Positions 45,753-56,400 of a DNA stretch of 64,000 nt are shown piece by piece. How positions within the stretch are numbered: the first letter of the stretch is position 1; each line of letters starts with the position of its first letter. Position numbers and translations under genes: made by a program. The stretch comes from Rubrivivax sp. (GTDB lineage Bacteria; Pseudomonadota; Gammaproteobacteria; Burkholderiales; Burkholderiaceae_C). Below the pieces are notes generated by a model that was not told the origin of the DNA, searched no databases, and saw nothing but the letters and a program-made list of their open reading frames with translations. The stretch lies in NCBI GenBank assembly GCA_016790435.1, contig JAEUPE010000097.1, positions 6,905 to 70,904 on the forward strand, read 5' to 3'.

Positions 45753-47426
45753 CTACGAGGCGGCGGCTTCGCGCTCCGCCGTGGGGGTCGGCGGGGCCTT
45801 GCGGCCGCGCATGGCACGGCGCAACGCGACCGCCGCGTCGGCATTGGCGCCCCCCGTTCCGGCGTCCAGCCGGAAGACCTGCACGGCCTCGGCCACGGCG
45901 GCGGCCTGGGCCTGCAGGTCGAGTGCCGAGGCGGCGACCTGCTCGACCAGCGCTGCGTTGCGTTGCGTGATGCCGTCCATCTGCGTCACGGCTTCGTTAA
46001 CCTGCGAGATGCCGGCGAGTTGCTCCTGGGCGCCGGAGCTGATCTGGTCGATGACGTCGCTGGCGTCACGCACCGCGGTCAGCGCACCCTCCATCGTCTG
46101 GCGCGCCTCGCCGGTGAGGCGGTTGCCCGCCTCGACCTGCTCGGCGCTCTCGCCGATGATCTGCTTGACCTCGCGCGCAGCGCCCGTGGTCCGCTGCGCC
46201 AGCGCGCGCACCTCGGCGGCGACGACGGCGAAGCCGCGGCCCTGCTCCCCAGCGCGGGCGGCCTCGACCGCGGCATTGAGGGCCAGGATGTTGGTCTGGA
46301 AGGCGATGCTGTCGATGACGCCGATGATCTCGCCGATGCGGCGCGACGAGCCGTCGATGACCTGCATGGTCTGCGCGACGTCGTTCATGGCCTGGCTGCC
46401 GCGAGACGTGACTTCGCGCGCACGGCCGGCCAGCTCCGCGGCCTTTTCGGCCGAGTGCGCGCTGTTGCGCACGGTGCTCGTGATCTCCTCCATCGACGAG
46501 GCGGTCTCCTGCAGGCTGGCCGCCTGCGACTCGGTGCGTGCGGAGAGGTTCTGGTTGCCTTCGGCGATCTCGCGCGTGGCGTCGTGCATGCGCTCGACCT
46601 CGTTGCGCGCGTCGCGCACGATGCTGCGCAGGTTGACGTTGAGCTGCGCCAGCGCCCGGCGCAGGTCGGCCACGGCCCCTTCGCCCCGCGCTTCGATGAC
46701 CTGCGTGAGATCGCCCGCGGCCATGCGGTTGGCGATTTCGATGAGGCGCTGCAGCGGCGCCACGGTCATGCGGCCGATGATCGGTCCGCCGAGCGCGGCG
46801 CCGAGGGCCGCCGCCGCAGTGGCGACGCCCCAGGCCATGCCGCCTGCCATGCCGGAAAGCGCGGCCACGGCTGCGGCGGAGGTGCCGGTGAGAGCGGCGC
46901 AGGCCAGCGTGACGCGCGTGCCGAGACCGGGCCGGCGCAACCGATCCAGCCGTCCTGCCCAGGTGAGGCGGCGCAGGACCGCCCCTTCGAGCGTGTGCAC
47001 GCGGCGGTCGCCGGCCGCTTCTTCGCGCATGGTGGCGTAGAGCGCTTCCGCCGCGGCCACCTGCTCGCGCGTGGGCTCCGAGCGCACGGACATGTAGCCC
47101 ACGGGTTGGCCGTTGTCCATGAGGGGCGTGACGTTCGCCATCACCCAATAGTGACTGCCATCCTTGCGCCGGTTCTTCACGGGTGCCGACCAAGGTCGTC
47201 CCGACGCGATGGTGGCCCACATGTCGCGAAATGCCTCCGCCGGCATGTCGGGGTGGCGGATCAGGTTGTGCGGCTGGCCCAGCAGGTCCTCGCGCGCATA
47301 GCCGCTGACGGTGATGAAGGAGGCGTTGCAGTAGAGGATGCGACCCTTCAGGTCGGTGGTCGAGACCAGCGTCGCCCCGCGAGGGAACGGGTACTCGGTC
47401 GCGACGACGGGCAGGTTGGTGCGCAT
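45753..47426 (-). CDS. aer: PAS-containing methyl-accepting chemotaxis protein (Aer-like)
   Basis: [39 protein letters not shown]; signalling domain [30 protein letters not shown]. Confidence 0.9.
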   Translation of the reverse strand: MRTNLPVVATEYPFPRGATLVSTTDLKGRILYCNASFITVSGYAREDLLGQPHNLIRHPDMPAEAFRDMWATIASGRPWSAPVKNRRKDGSHYWVMANVTPLMDNGQPVGYMSVRSEPTREQVAAAEALYATMREEAAGDRRVHTLEGAVLRRLTWAGRLDRLRRPGLGTRVTLACAALTGTSAAAVAALSGMAGGMAWGVATAAAALGAALGGPIIGRMTVAPLQRLIEIANRMAAGDLTQVIEARGEGAVADLRRALAQLNVNLRSIVRDARNEVERMHDATREIAEGNQNLSARTESQAASLQETASSMEEITSTVRNSAHSAEKAAELAGRAREVTSRGSQAMNDVAQTMQVIDGSSRRIGEIIGVIDSIAFQTNILALNAAVEAARAGEQGRGFAVVAAEVRALAQRTTGAAREVKQIIGESAEQVEAGNRLTGEARQTMEGALTAVRDASDVIDQISSGAQEQLAGISQVNEAVTQMDGITQRNAALVEQVAASALDLQAQAAAVAEAVQVFRLDAGTGGANADAAVALRRAMRGRKAPPTPTAEREAAAS

Positions 47427-47655
47427 GCGGGGCTCGGTGTCCGGGCGACGGCCTGCGTCGGCCGAGCCCGAAGGATGTTCTTGCAAGGGACCCGCGAACG
47501 TTAGATGGACGCTGACTGCGCAAAGGGCGGAGATGGGCCCTGAATTCCTGTCATCGTCATTTCTGGCGCAAGACAGGCAACAAGGCGGTCAGCGTTGTCT
47601 TCCGAGCAACCCTGCATTCAACCGCCAGGCACCGCCCCGGTGGGCGCGCGGGATC

Positions 47656-48690
47656 TCATGGCCGATCGAGCCAGATGGCCATGCCCTGGGCATTGAGCTC
47701 CAGGTCCATGGCGAGCAGTTCGGCCACGCGCTCGCGCGGCAGCGTGCAGCCGTGCGCGGCCAGGCTGGCGCAGAAGAGGTCGAGCTGACCCGCCTTCAGC
47801 ATCTCGTGGCGTGCATCGGGTCCCGAAGCCGCCTGCTGGGTTCGCCGCCCCATCGCCACCAGTTGGGCGAGCAGTTCGAGCAGCAGCGCGCCCAGCCGCG
47901 CGACCTCGGTGACGCGGCTGTAGTGCGTGAGATACATGCAGGCCGGTTCGCGCGCGAGCAGGCGCCGCACCGAGGCCTGCAGCACCTCGGGCTCGAACTG
48001 CACCGGCGTGGCCGTGGGCACGATCCAGGCCCCACGGGGGCTGTCGAATTCGCGGTAGCTGAGGCCGAAGGTGTCGCCCGTGAACCAGCCGCGCGAGGTC
48101 TCGTCCCAGATGCAATGGTGGTGGCGCGCATGCCCGGGCGTGTCGGCAATGAGCAGTGGCCGCTCGCCCAGGTGCACGACCATGCCATCGGCCGTGGAGA
48201 GCACCCGTTCGGCCGGCACGGGCAGCAGTTCCCCATAGGCGCGCGCCATCTCCGCCGCGCCGTAGACGGCGGAGGCGCCTTGCCAGAGCATGCTCGGGTC
48301 GACGATGTGGCGGGCACCGCGCGGATGCACGAGCACGCGCGCCTGCGGCAACGCGCGCATCAACTGGCCGACGCCGCCGGCATGGTCGAGGTGCACGTGC
48401 GTCGGAATGACCCAATCGACCGATTCGGGGCCCAGGCCCAATGCCTGTAGTGCGCCCAGCAGGCGCGGCCCGGCGAAGGCGGTGCCGGTGTCGATGAATG
48501 CAGCCCGGCCCTGCTGCACCAGCAGGTAGGCCGCGTCGAAATGGTCGCGATGGAAGGCCGTGTCGATGGCGAAAACGCCATGCGACAGCGGCTGCAGCCA
48601 GGGCGGCAGGGTTGCGGCCATCAGCGTGGTGTCGTCCGCCTCGGCGGGGCCCGCCAGTGAAGCCGGACGAGGCGGCCGGGGTGACCGCAC
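47656..48690 (-). CDS. MBL-fold metallo-hydrolase
   Basis: IDTG, THVHLDHAGG, TPGHARHH, FTGD, LTHY; alternative start 48621. Confidence 0.9.
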   Translation of the reverse strand: MRSPRPPRPASLAGPAEADDTTLMAATLPPWLQPLSHGVFAIDTAFHRDHFDAAYLLVQQGRAAFIDTGTAFAGPRLLGALQALGLGPESVDWVIPTHVHLDHAGGVGQLMRALPQARVLVHPRGARHIVDPSMLWQGASAVYGAAEMARAYGELLPVPAERVLSTADGMVVHLGERPLLIADTPGHARHHHCIWDETSRGWFTGDTFGLSYREFDSPRGAWIVPTATPVQFEPEVLQASVRRLLAREPACMYLTHYSRVTEVARLGALLLELLAQLVAMGRRTQQAASGPDARHEMLKAGQLDLFCASLAAHGCTLPRERVAELLAMDLELNAQGMAIWLDRP

Positions 48691-48694
48691 CGCC

Positions 48695-49975
48695 TCACTG
48701 CGGCGCGATGGTCCACAGGCGCGCGATCTCGGCGGCGCCGTCCGCGCCTTTCACGCTGCGCAGCGTCTGCGCCGCCTGCGCGCGCGTCTTGGGCGACTGC
48801 AGTTGCGCCATGCCCAGTCGCAGCCGAGCCTCGTCGGGGCGCTTGAGCTGGCCCTTCGCGATGCCTTGCTGAATGAGCGCCAGGCCCTTGTCGAACTCAC
48901 CGGCCGAGACCAGTGCATAGCCGACCTTGACGAGGCCGTCGCCTTCCTTCTCGGCCGCGGCCTCGCTCGCCTGGCGCGCCATCGTCGCGGCGGCCTCGGC
49001 CGCCTGCTTGTCGGCCAGGTCGCGCAGGCGCTGGTGCCGCGCCGCCTCGGCCCCGGTGCCGAGCACGCCGGCCTTGTAGCCCTGCTCGACGATGCGCTTG
49101 GCCTCGAAGGGCAGGCCGGCCTGCAGCGACAGCTGCGCCATCTCCATGAATTCCTCGGTCTTGGCCAGCGTGCCGGTGGCCAGGCGCAGGCGCATCACGT
49201 CGAGCTCGTAGCGCGGCGAGAAGCCGCTCTTGCGCGGCAGGCGGCCGAGGAAGGCGCTCCAGTAGTCCTTCTTCGGGTAGTTCAGCAGCAGCTTCTCGAG
49301 CGTGAGCACGTAGCCGTTGGTGTTGCCGGTCTTCTGCTGCGCGTCGGCCAGACGCAGCAGGTCGCCCTCTTCGGGCCGGCGGCCGGCGGACTCGGCGGCC
49401 GCCACGGCAGCCCCGGCGTCGCGCGCGATGGCGCCATAGTCGCCGCTGGTCGACTGCAGGTACTGCTGCAGCTGCTTGATCGAGGGGCCGTTGTTGCCCG
49501 CGGCCACGGCCTTCTGCAGCCACTCGTTGGCCTTGGCGTTGTTGCGCTGCTGCGCGTAGGCCGAGGCCAGCTGCTCGGCGAACTGGCCCAGCTGCGCACC
49601 GCTGGCGCGGCCGGCCATCGCCTCCAGGGCCAGGATGGCCGTGGGCAGGTCGCTGGCGCGCTGCGCGGCCGCGGCCTTCATGCCGTCGATCGTGTTGCGC
49701 TCGGAGGGGGTGATGCCGCCCACCGACTCGGCCTCGCGCACCTTGGCCAGCGCCTCCTTGGCCTTGCCGGCCTTGAGCAATTCGCCCGCGGCTTGCAGCG
49801 GCTTGCCGACCTCGGGCCGCAGGCCTTGCGCCAGGCCCGGGCCAGCGGCCAGCGCGGACAGCGCGACCACCGAGGCGAGGCCGAGCGTGCGCGCCCGCGA
49901 GCGGAATGAGGGGCGCAGCAAGGAGGTGCGTGAGTAGGCGCGTGAGGAGGAGCGCAAGGAGGACGTGGAGCTCAT
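48695..49975 (-). CDS. Exported TPR-like protein linked to a TonB/ExbBD module
   Basis: Signal peptide then LRPEVGKPLQAA; Ala-rich helical repeats; YPKKDYW. Confidence 0.75.
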   Translation of the reverse strand: MSSTSSLRSSSRAYSRTSLLRPSFRSRARTLGLASVVALSALAAGPGLAQGLRPEVGKPLQAAGELLKAGKAKEALAKVREAESVGGITPSERNTIDGMKAAAAQRASDLPTAILALEAMAGRASGAQLGQFAEQLASAYAQQRNNAKANEWLQKAVAAGNNGPSIKQLQQYLQSTSGDYGAIARDAGAAVAAAESAGRRPEEGDLLRLADAQQKTGNTNGYVLTLEKLLLNYPKKDYWSAFLGRLPRKSGFSPRYELDVMRLRLATGTLAKTEEFMEMAQLSLQAGLPFEAKRIVEQGYKAGVLGTGAEAARHQRLRDLADKQAAEAAATMARQASEAAAEKEGDGLVKVGYALVSAGEFDKGLALIQQGIAKGQLKRPDEARLRLGMAQLQSPKTRAQAAQTLRSVKGADGAAEIARLWTIAPQ

Positions 49976-50039
49976 CGTGCCGTCTGCAGTAGGGAAGGAA
50001 GGGGAGGCAACGGTGCGGCCGCCGACGCCGCGGCCGGCG

Positions 50040-50468
50040 CTAGAGGAACTGCTCGTTGCCGACGATGCCGATCTTGGTGACCCCGAGGCGTTGCGCCGAA
50101 GCAAGGATCATCGCCACCACCTTGTAGGTGACGAGCTTGTTCGGTCTGAGATGCACTTCGGCCTGGTCGGGTTCCGCGGCCACCTGCTGCAGCCGCGACT
50201 CGAGCGTGGCGCGGTCGGGGATGATCTCGCCGTTCCAGCCGATCGTGCCGTCGAAGTCGACGTCGATGCGGATGATCACCGGCGGCTTGGGCGGTGTCTG
50301 GTTCTTGCTCGGCACGGGCATGTTCATCTTCACCGCGTGCGTCTGGATCGGGATGGTGATGATGAACATGATGAGCAGCACCAGCATCACGTCGATGAGC
50401 GGCGTGGTGTTGATGTCGACCATCACGTCGGCTTCGTCGCCGCCCGAATTGCCCACTTGCATGGCCAT
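50040..50468 (-). CDS. exbD: ExbD/TolR protein
   Basis: DINTTPLIDVMLVLLIMFIITIP. Confidence 0.92.
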   Translation of the reverse strand: MAMQVGNSGGDEADVMVDINTTPLIDVMLVLLIMFIITIPIQTHAVKMNMPVPSKNQTPPKPPVIIRIDVDFDGTIGWNGEIIPDRATLESRLQQVAAEPDQAEVHLRPNKLVTYKVVAMILASAQRLGVTKIGIVGNEQFL

Positions 50469-50501
50469 GGGGGTGGTTCCTCGTTCTCTCTGACGTGATG
50501 A

Positions 50502-50942
50502 CTACCGCGACACCTGGCCGGCCGGCGGCTCGGTGATGAAGCCGACCTTGAAGATGCCGGCGCGCTGGCAGGCCACGACGACGCGGCCGACCGCCTCGTA
50601 GCGCACCTCGAGGTCGCCGCGGATGTGAACCTCGGGCTGCGGGTCCTTCACCGATTCCACCTTCAGGCGCGCCACCAGCGCCTCGTGGTCGGGGATGCGC
50701 TGCAGACCCCAGTAGACCTCGCCGTCGCGGTTGACCGCGAGCACGATGTTCTCGGGCTTGGTCTGGGTGGGAAGGTTGCGTTCCTTGGGCAGCTCGAGCT
50801 TGATCGTCTGCGTGACCACCGGAATCGTGATCAGGAAGATGATCAGCAGCACCAGCATCACGTCCACCAGAGGCGTGGTGTTGATGGTGTTGTTGAACTG
50901 CTCTTCGGCGTCGCCTTCGGCGGGGCCGACGTTCATCGCCAT
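50502..50942 (-). CDS. exbD: ExbD/TolR protein
   Basis: INTTPLVDVMLVLLIIFLITIP, IRGD, KVGFITEP. Confidence 0.92.
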   Translation of the reverse strand: MAMNVGPAEGDAEEQFNNTINTTPLVDVMLVLLIIFLITIPVVTQTIKLELPKERNLPTQTKPENIVLAVNRDGEVYWGLQRIPDHEALVARLKVESVKDPQPEVHIRGDLEVRYEAVGRVVVACQRAGIFKVGFITEPPAGQVSR

Positions 50943-50982
50943 GGCGATCTCCTACTGGGCATGCCGCGAGGGCCGTGCGCCA

Positions 50983-51849
50983 TCAGCGCTTGCCCGCGAT
51001 GAGCACGTTGTGCAGGTCGCCGGCGAAGGCGCGCGTCAGGTCCATGACGGTCTTGTTGCGGCGCACGAGCCAGTTGTAGCCCATCACCGCCGGCACCGCG
51101 ACCGCCAGGCCGATGGCGGTCATGATGAGCGCCTCGCCCACGGGGCCGGCGACCTTGTCGATGGAGGCTTGGCCGCTGATGCCGATCTTCACGAGCGCGT
51201 TGTAGATGCCCCAGACGGTGCCGAAGAGGCCGACGAACGGCGCCGTCGAGCCGACCGTGGCGAGGAAGGCAAGTCCGTCCTGCAGGCGGCTGTTGATGTT
51301 GCCGGTGGCGCGGTCGACCGACATGCTGATCCACGTGTGCTTGTCGATGCTCTCGACCATCGTGCCTTCATGGTGGTCGCTCGCCTTCACGCCCTGCTCG
51401 GCGATCCAGCGGAAGGCCGAGCCTTCCTTGAGCGTGCCGACACCGGCCTTCACCGAGCTCGCCTTCCAGAAGGCCTCGGCGTCGGCCTTGGCGTTGCTCA
51501 GCATGGCGCGTTGCTCGAACAGCTTGGTGAAGATGATGTACCAGCTGCCCATCGACATGATGAGCATGATGACGAGCGTGCCCTTGGCGACGAAGTCACC
51601 CTGGTTCCACAGCGCCTTCAGGCCGTAGGGGTTCTCCACCGCCTCTTCGGTGACCGTGGGCTTGGGGGCCGTCGCTGCGTTGGCGGAGGTGGCGATCTGC
51701 GGCGGCTGCGCCACCGCCGAAGCCGCCTCGGCAGCGGGCGCCGACGCGGCTTGTGCCAGTGCCGGAGCCGGCACCGTGGCTGCGAGGGTGACGAAGGCGA
51801 TCATGGCCAAAGCCAGCGACGCGCGCACGAGGTGTTGTTTCAACGACAT
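50983..51849 (-). CDS. exbB: ExbB/MotA/TolQ proton channel with N-terminal signal-like extension
   Basis: LATVGSTAPFVGLFGTVWGI, GPVGEALIMTAIGLAVAVPAV; GGAG RBS before MSLKQHL. Confidence 0.92.
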   Translation of the reverse strand: MSLKQHLVRASLALAMIAFVTLAATVPAPALAQAASAPAAEAASAVAQPPQIATSANAATAPKPTVTEEAVENPYGLKALWNQGDFVAKGTLVIMLIMSMGSWYIIFTKLFEQRAMLSNAKADAEAFWKASSVKAGVGTLKEGSAFRWIAEQGVKASDHHEGTMVESIDKHTWISMSVDRATGNINSRLQDGLAFLATVGSTAPFVGLFGTVWGIYNALVKIGISGQASIDKVAGPVGEALIMTAIGLAVAVPAVMGYNWLVRRNKTVMDLTRAFAGDLHNVLIAGKR

Positions 51850-51985
51850 GGCTCCTCCAGAGTCCGGTAGTGCATTCAAATGGGTGATGAAGGCGCGTTC
51901 AGCGGGTCGCGAGGCGCCGTGAGATGCGGGTGACGGGTGCGGATGACGAGGCAAGGGCGGCGAGGGATTCGCTGCCGCAGGGTGC

Positions 51986-52681
51986 CTACTCGATCTTCCA
52001 GACGAATTCGACTTCGGTCGTGCCGCCCGTCGGCCGGCCGTTCTCGTCGATGCCGGGGCGGAAGGTGCATTCGCTGAGCTTGCTCTGCGCAACACGGTCG
52101 AGCATCTTGTGCTCGCGGCTGCCGCCGGCGCTGCGAATGATCTGCGAGCTCTCGACCTTGCCATCGGCGCCGACGGTGAAGCGGATGCGCGTAGTGCCGG
52201 TGGCTTCGGCGCGCAGCGCGGCGGTGGGATAGTCCTCGTTGCGCGGGGCGCAGGACTGCACGTTCAACACCGCGGGGCGCGCGGCCACGCGCGGTGGCGG
52301 CGGCGGCGCAGGCGCCGGCGGTGCGGGCGTGGGGGGTGGCGCGGGGGCGATGGTCACCGGCGCAGGCGGCGGCGGTGTGATGACCGTGGTGATGGTCGGC
52401 GCGGGCACCGGCGGCGGAGTGACATTCACCTCCGGTGGCGGCACGAACGAAGGCGGTGGCGGCTGGAACTTCGGCGGCGGCGGCAGGTTTTCCGGCGGCG
52501 GCGGCGGGGGCGGCTTGACCTCGTCGATGATCTTCGTGTCGATCGGCGACTTGATCACCTCGACCATGCGTTGCGCCAGTCCGGTGATGAGTGCCCAGCC
52601 GAGCAGCAGGTGCAGGGCCAGCACGATGCCGATGCCCACCGCGTGGCGCCCGGGGTTGCGCTGTTGTTCTGCGAAGTCCAA
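51986..52681 (-). CDS. tonB: Energy transducer TonB
   Basis: TTG start after GGAGGA; TM IVLALHLLLG; Pro-rich spacer; YPTAALRAEATG C-terminal domain. Confidence 0.9.
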   Translation of the reverse strand: MDFAEQQRNPGRHAVGIGIVLALHLLLGWALITGLAQRMVEVIKSPIDTKIIDEVKPPPPPPPENLPPPPKFQPPPPSFVPPPEVNVTPPPVPAPTITTVITPPPPAPVTIAPAPPPTPAPPAPAPPPPPRVAARPAVLNVQSCAPRNEDYPTAALRAEATGTTRIRFTVGADGKVESSQIIRSAGGSREHKMLDRVAQSKLSECTFRPGIDENGRPTGGTTEVEFVWKIE

Positions 52682-52939
52682 TCCGTTCCTCCAGTCGTCC
52701 CGGCGCGGGTGGGCGCCGGTCACTGCCTTCTCGCTTCTTGTCGGTGGCCTCGTGAGCCTGCCGGCCGTTCCTTCGCGGCAGGATGCGTCGCGTCGGACCC
52801 GAGGCGGCGCACTATATCGCGAAGGCCCGACGGCCCGTCCCGGGGCATCACCCTAGACGGAACCCCTTTGGCCACCCCGATTCGCGGGCCCTGCACCGAG
52901 GGCGGGTCGAAGGCTCGATGGGCCGATGCCGCGGCCATC

Positions 52940-54067
52940 TCATGGTGCGTCCGCGGGCCATCCGCCTTGCTGCGCGGCCTGCCTCAGGGCGGCCACGCCC
53001 CGCGCAAGTGCGCCCGTGTCCTTCCCGCCGTCGGAGGCATCGCAGGGCACCACCCGTCGGTCGCTCATCGAGCGCAGCCACGTCAACTGTCGCTTGGCGA
53101 GTTGGCGCGTCGCGGCCACGCCGGTGGCCCTCAAAGGGCCGAGCCGGCCGCTCTCGAGCGCGACCCACGCCTGTCGGTAACCGACGCACCGCATCGAGGG
53201 CAGCAGCGCATGCAGGTCGCCGCGCGCGCGCAGTGCGCGCACTTCGTCGAGCAGGCCCCGCTCGAGCATGGCCTCGAAGCGCTGCGCCAGCCGCTCGTGC
53301 AGCCAGGCCCGCGAAGACGGCTCGAGCGACACGAGAGGCCAGCGCTGCCGCTCGCCGGCCGCCGTGGCCGCGCCCTGGCCCTGCCACGACGACAAGGGCC
53401 GACCGCTCACGCGCCAGACTTCGAGCGCGCGCTGGATGCGTTGCGCATCCAGCGGCGCGATGCGTTGCGCGGCGACGGGGTCCACGCGCGCCAGTTCGGC
53501 GTGCAAGGCCGGCCAGCCGCGCGCCGCGGCCTCGGCATCGAGCGCTGCGCGCACGACGGGGTCGGCCGCGGGCATGGCGTCCAGGCCCTCGCGCAGCGCC
53601 TTGAAGTACAGCATCGTGCCGCCGACGAGCAGCGGCAGGCGGCCGCGCGCGCGGATCTCGGCCGCGATGCGGCGCGCGTCGGCCACGAAGGCGGCGGCCG
53701 AGTACGCGTCGCGCGGGTCGAGGATGTCGATGAGGTGGTGTGGCACCTCGGCGCGTTCTTCTGCGCTTGGCTTGGCGGTGCCGATGTCCATGCCGCGATA
53801 GACGAGTGCGGAATCGACGCTGATGATTTCGACCGCCGTGCCGCCGCTGTCGCTGCCGCTGCCGATCGCCAGCGCCGATGCGCGTGCAAAGGCCATCGCG
53901 AGCGCCGTCTTGCCCGCGCCGGTGGGCCCGGCGAGGCACAGGCCGAGCAGCGACCCCATGGCGTCTTTCGATTCGGTGCGCGCCTCGCGGTCGCTGGCCC
54001 GGGGCCCGGTGCCCGCATCAGCACGAGGTTCGGTGCGAGGTGGCGTGCGAGGTTCAGCGCTCGACAT
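52940..54067 (-). CDS. miaA: tRNA dimethylallyltransferase
   Basis: [53 protein letters not shown]; alternative start 53959. Confidence 0.96.
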   Translation of the reverse strand: MSSAEPRTPPRTEPRADAGTGPRASDREARTESKDAMGSLLGLCLAGPTGAGKTALAMAFARASALAIGSGSDSGGTAVEIISVDSALVYRGMDIGTAKPSAEERAEVPHHLIDILDPRDAYSAAAFVADARRIAAEIRARGRLPLLVGGTMLYFKALREGLDAMPAADPVVRAALDAEAAARGWPALHAELARVDPVAAQRIAPLDAQRIQRALEVWRVSGRPLSSWQGQGAATAAGERQRWPLVSLEPSSRAWLHERLAQRFEAMLERGLLDEVRALRARGDLHALLPSMRCVGYRQAWVALESGRLGPLRATGVAATRQLAKRQLTWLRSMSDRRVVPCDASDGGKDTGALARGVAALRQAAQQGGWPADAP

Positions 54068-55289
54068 GGCGGCGCACGAGCGTCCAAGCGACGGCGGCGG
54101 TCGCCGTGGCCCAGAAAGCGACACCGAAGGCCAGTGGCCGCACCGTGCCGTCGATGGCCGCGCCCAGCCACAGGCCGATGGCGAACGCGACGATGGCGAG
54201 CACGAAGCCGGCGAGCGCCGAGGCCGCACCCGCGGCGTGTGGGAAGGGCCCCACCGCGCCGGCCTGTCCGCAGGGCTGGTGCATGCCATGGCCGAAGGAA
54301 TAGAAGCCGTGTGCGGCGAGCAGCCACCAGAGGGCGCCCTCGTCGACACGCGTGGCCACCAGGGCCATCAGACCGCCGGCCAGCGTGAACGCCGCGCCGC
54401 GCGCCACGGCGCCGCCCATGCCATGGCGATGGATCCAGCGCCGACCCACGAACGTGGCCACGAGGTAGACCCCGCCGCCCCAGGCGAGCGTGAGGCCGAA
54501 GGCGGCGCTCGACAGGCCGAGCACCTCGATGTAGACGAAAGGCGAGGCGGCGAGGATCGTGAAGAGGCCGCCGTACGTGCAGGCGATGAGCAGCGTCCAG
54601 GCGCGGAACACCGGGTGCCGCAGCATCGCCCACCAGCCGCGCAGCAGCGGCCCCGCGCTCGTGGCCACGGGGTTGCGGCGGCGCACCGTCTCGGGCAGGC
54701 GCCAGGCGACGTAGCCGAGCGCGACCAGCCCGGCACCGCCGACGAGCACCAGCGTGCCGCGCCACCCGAAGGCGCCGGCCACCGCGCCGCCGAGCGTGGG
54801 CCCGCCGATGGCGATGACCGCCAGGCCCGACATGGCCAGCGACATGACGCGCGCGCCGGCAACCGGCTCGTAGAGGTCGCGCACCATGGCGCGCGCGCAC
54901 ACCACGGCGGAGGCCAGTGCCACGCCCTGCAGCGCCCGCCACGCGACGAGCACCTCGACGCTCGGCGCCAGCGCGCTGCCGAAGCCCGACAGCGCAAAGA
55001 GCGAGAGGCCCGCCAGCAGCACCGGCCGGCGGCCGAAGCGGTCGGCCACCGGCCCCCAGGCGAGTTGCGCCACGCCGAAGGCCAGGATGAGCGCCGACAT
55101 CGTGAGCTGCGACAGCGCCATCGGCGCCGCGAGCGCCTTCGTGAGCAGCGGCAGCGCAGGCAGGTACACGTCGGTGGCCACCGGCTGCAGCCCGAGCAGC
55201 AAGGCGAGCACGAAGGCCGCCTGGCCGAGCGGCAGCGAAACCGCGACGGGCGGTGCATCGGCCACGGCGGCCGGCGTGGAGAGGGACAT
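54054..55289 (-). CDS. Bcr/CflA-family multidrug efflux MFS transporter
   Basis: [42 protein letters not shown]. Confidence 0.9.
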   Translation of the reverse strand: MSLSTPAAVADAPPVAVSLPLGQAAFVLALLLGLQPVATDVYLPALPLLTKALAAPMALSQLTMSALILAFGVAQLAWGPVADRFGRRPVLLAGLSLFALSGFGSALAPSVEVLVAWRALQGVALASAVVCARAMVRDLYEPVAGARVMSLAMSGLAVIAIGGPTLGGAVAGAFGWRGTLVLVGGAGLVALGYVAWRLPETVRRRNPVATSAGPLLRGWWAMLRHPVFRAWTLLIACTYGGLFTILAASPFVYIEVLGLSSAAFGLTLAWGGGVYLVATFVGRRWIHRHGMGGAVARGAAFTLAGGLMALVATRVDEGALWWLLAAHGFYSFGHGMHQPCGQAGAVGPFPHAAGAASALAGFVLAIVAFAIGLWLGAAIDGTVRPLAFGVAFWATATAAVAWTLVRRHVER

Positions 55290-55348
55290 GCGGCGAGGTT
55301 AGCAGCCGAGCGTGTGGCGACCGCGGGGTCGCGCGGGCTCGCGGCGTG

Positions 55349-56275
55349 CTAGAAGCGCTCCATCGGCCCCAGGTAGCGCCACTGCCCCACGGGCAACGGG
55401 CCGAGCGCGACCGAGCCGATGCGCACGCGCTTGAGCGCCAGCACCTCGAGGCCGACCAGTTCGCACATGCGGCGGATCTGGCGCTTGCGGCCCTCGCGCA
55501 GCACGACGCGCAACTGGTCCTCGTTGGCCCAACTCACGCGCGCCGGCTTCAGCGGCACGCCGTCCAGCTCGAGGCCATGGCGCAGCCGTTCCAGTTCGCC
55601 GGCCGGCAACGGCCCGGGCCGCACGTGGCGCACGCGCACGAGGTACTCCTTCTCGACGCGATGGTCCTCGCCGATCAGCAGCTTGGCGATGCGCCCGTCC
55701 TGCGTGAGCACGAGCAGGCCGGTGGAGTCGATGTCCAGGCGCCCGGCCGGTGCCAGGCCGCGCAGGTGGCCGCGGTGGAATTCGATCGGGCTGCCGTCCT
55801 CGCGCCAGCGGTTGGCGGGCAGGAAGAGCGAGGCGGCGGGCGCATAGCCATCTTCCGCCTGGCCGCTCACGTAGCCGATCGGCTTGTGCAGCAGCACCGT
55901 CACGCGTTCGGCCTGCATGCGGCGCGCGCGCGCATCGATGTCGATGACCACGTCGGGCCGCGCGCGCTGGCCGAGCACCGCCGGCGCGCCGTCGACGCGC
56001 ACATAGCCGGCGGCAATCCACTCGTCGGCCTCGCGGCGCGAGGCGAGTCCACGCTCGGTGATGAGCTTGGAGATGCGCACGCCTTCGGCGCCGGGCTCGT
56101 CGCGCGGCGGCGCGGCCGGTGCGGCACGCGGCGCCGGTGCATCGGCCGCTCTTGGTGCGGCGGGAGCGACGCGTGCAGCGGGCCGCGCAGGTGGTGCTGC
56201 CCGGGCTCCGCGTGAGGCAGGGGCGGGAGCGCGGGGACGCGAAGGCGGGGCGGGCATGTCGCGATTGGACACCAT
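55349..56275 (-). CDS. rRNA pseudouridine synthase (RsuA/RluB/E/F family)
   Basis: S4 domain SRREADEWI, HKPIGY, GRLDIDSTGLL, EKEYLV, EGRKRQIRRM; start uncertain. Confidence 0.92.
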   Translation of the reverse strand: MVSNRDMPAPPSRPRAPAPASRGARAAPPARPAARVAPAAPRAADAPAPRAAPAAPPRDEPGAEGVRISKLITERGLASRREADEWIAAGYVRVDGAPAVLGQRARPDVVIDIDARARRMQAERVTVLLHKPIGYVSGQAEDGYAPAASLFLPANRWREDGSPIEFHRGHLRGLAPAGRLDIDSTGLLVLTQDGRIAKLLIGEDHRVEKEYLVRVRHVRPGPLPAGELERLRHGLELDGVPLKPARVSWANEDQLRVVLREGRKRQIRRMCELVGLEVLALKRVRIGSVALGPLPVGQWRYLGPMERF

Positions 56276-56400
56276 CGCCCGGGCGCCGGACTCAGGGGTC
56301 GTGGCAGCAGTGGATCGGCGGCGACAGCCCACGCGGACGTCGCCCCGCGTGGCGCCTCGGGTCGCTTCCGCGGTCGCCCGTCAGCAGGTCCCGTCGCCGT

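Noticed and set aside
47430-47520. Sigma-28 promoter for the aer-like gene
   Set aside because: GCCGA is present on the minus strand but there is no correctly spaced TAAA element
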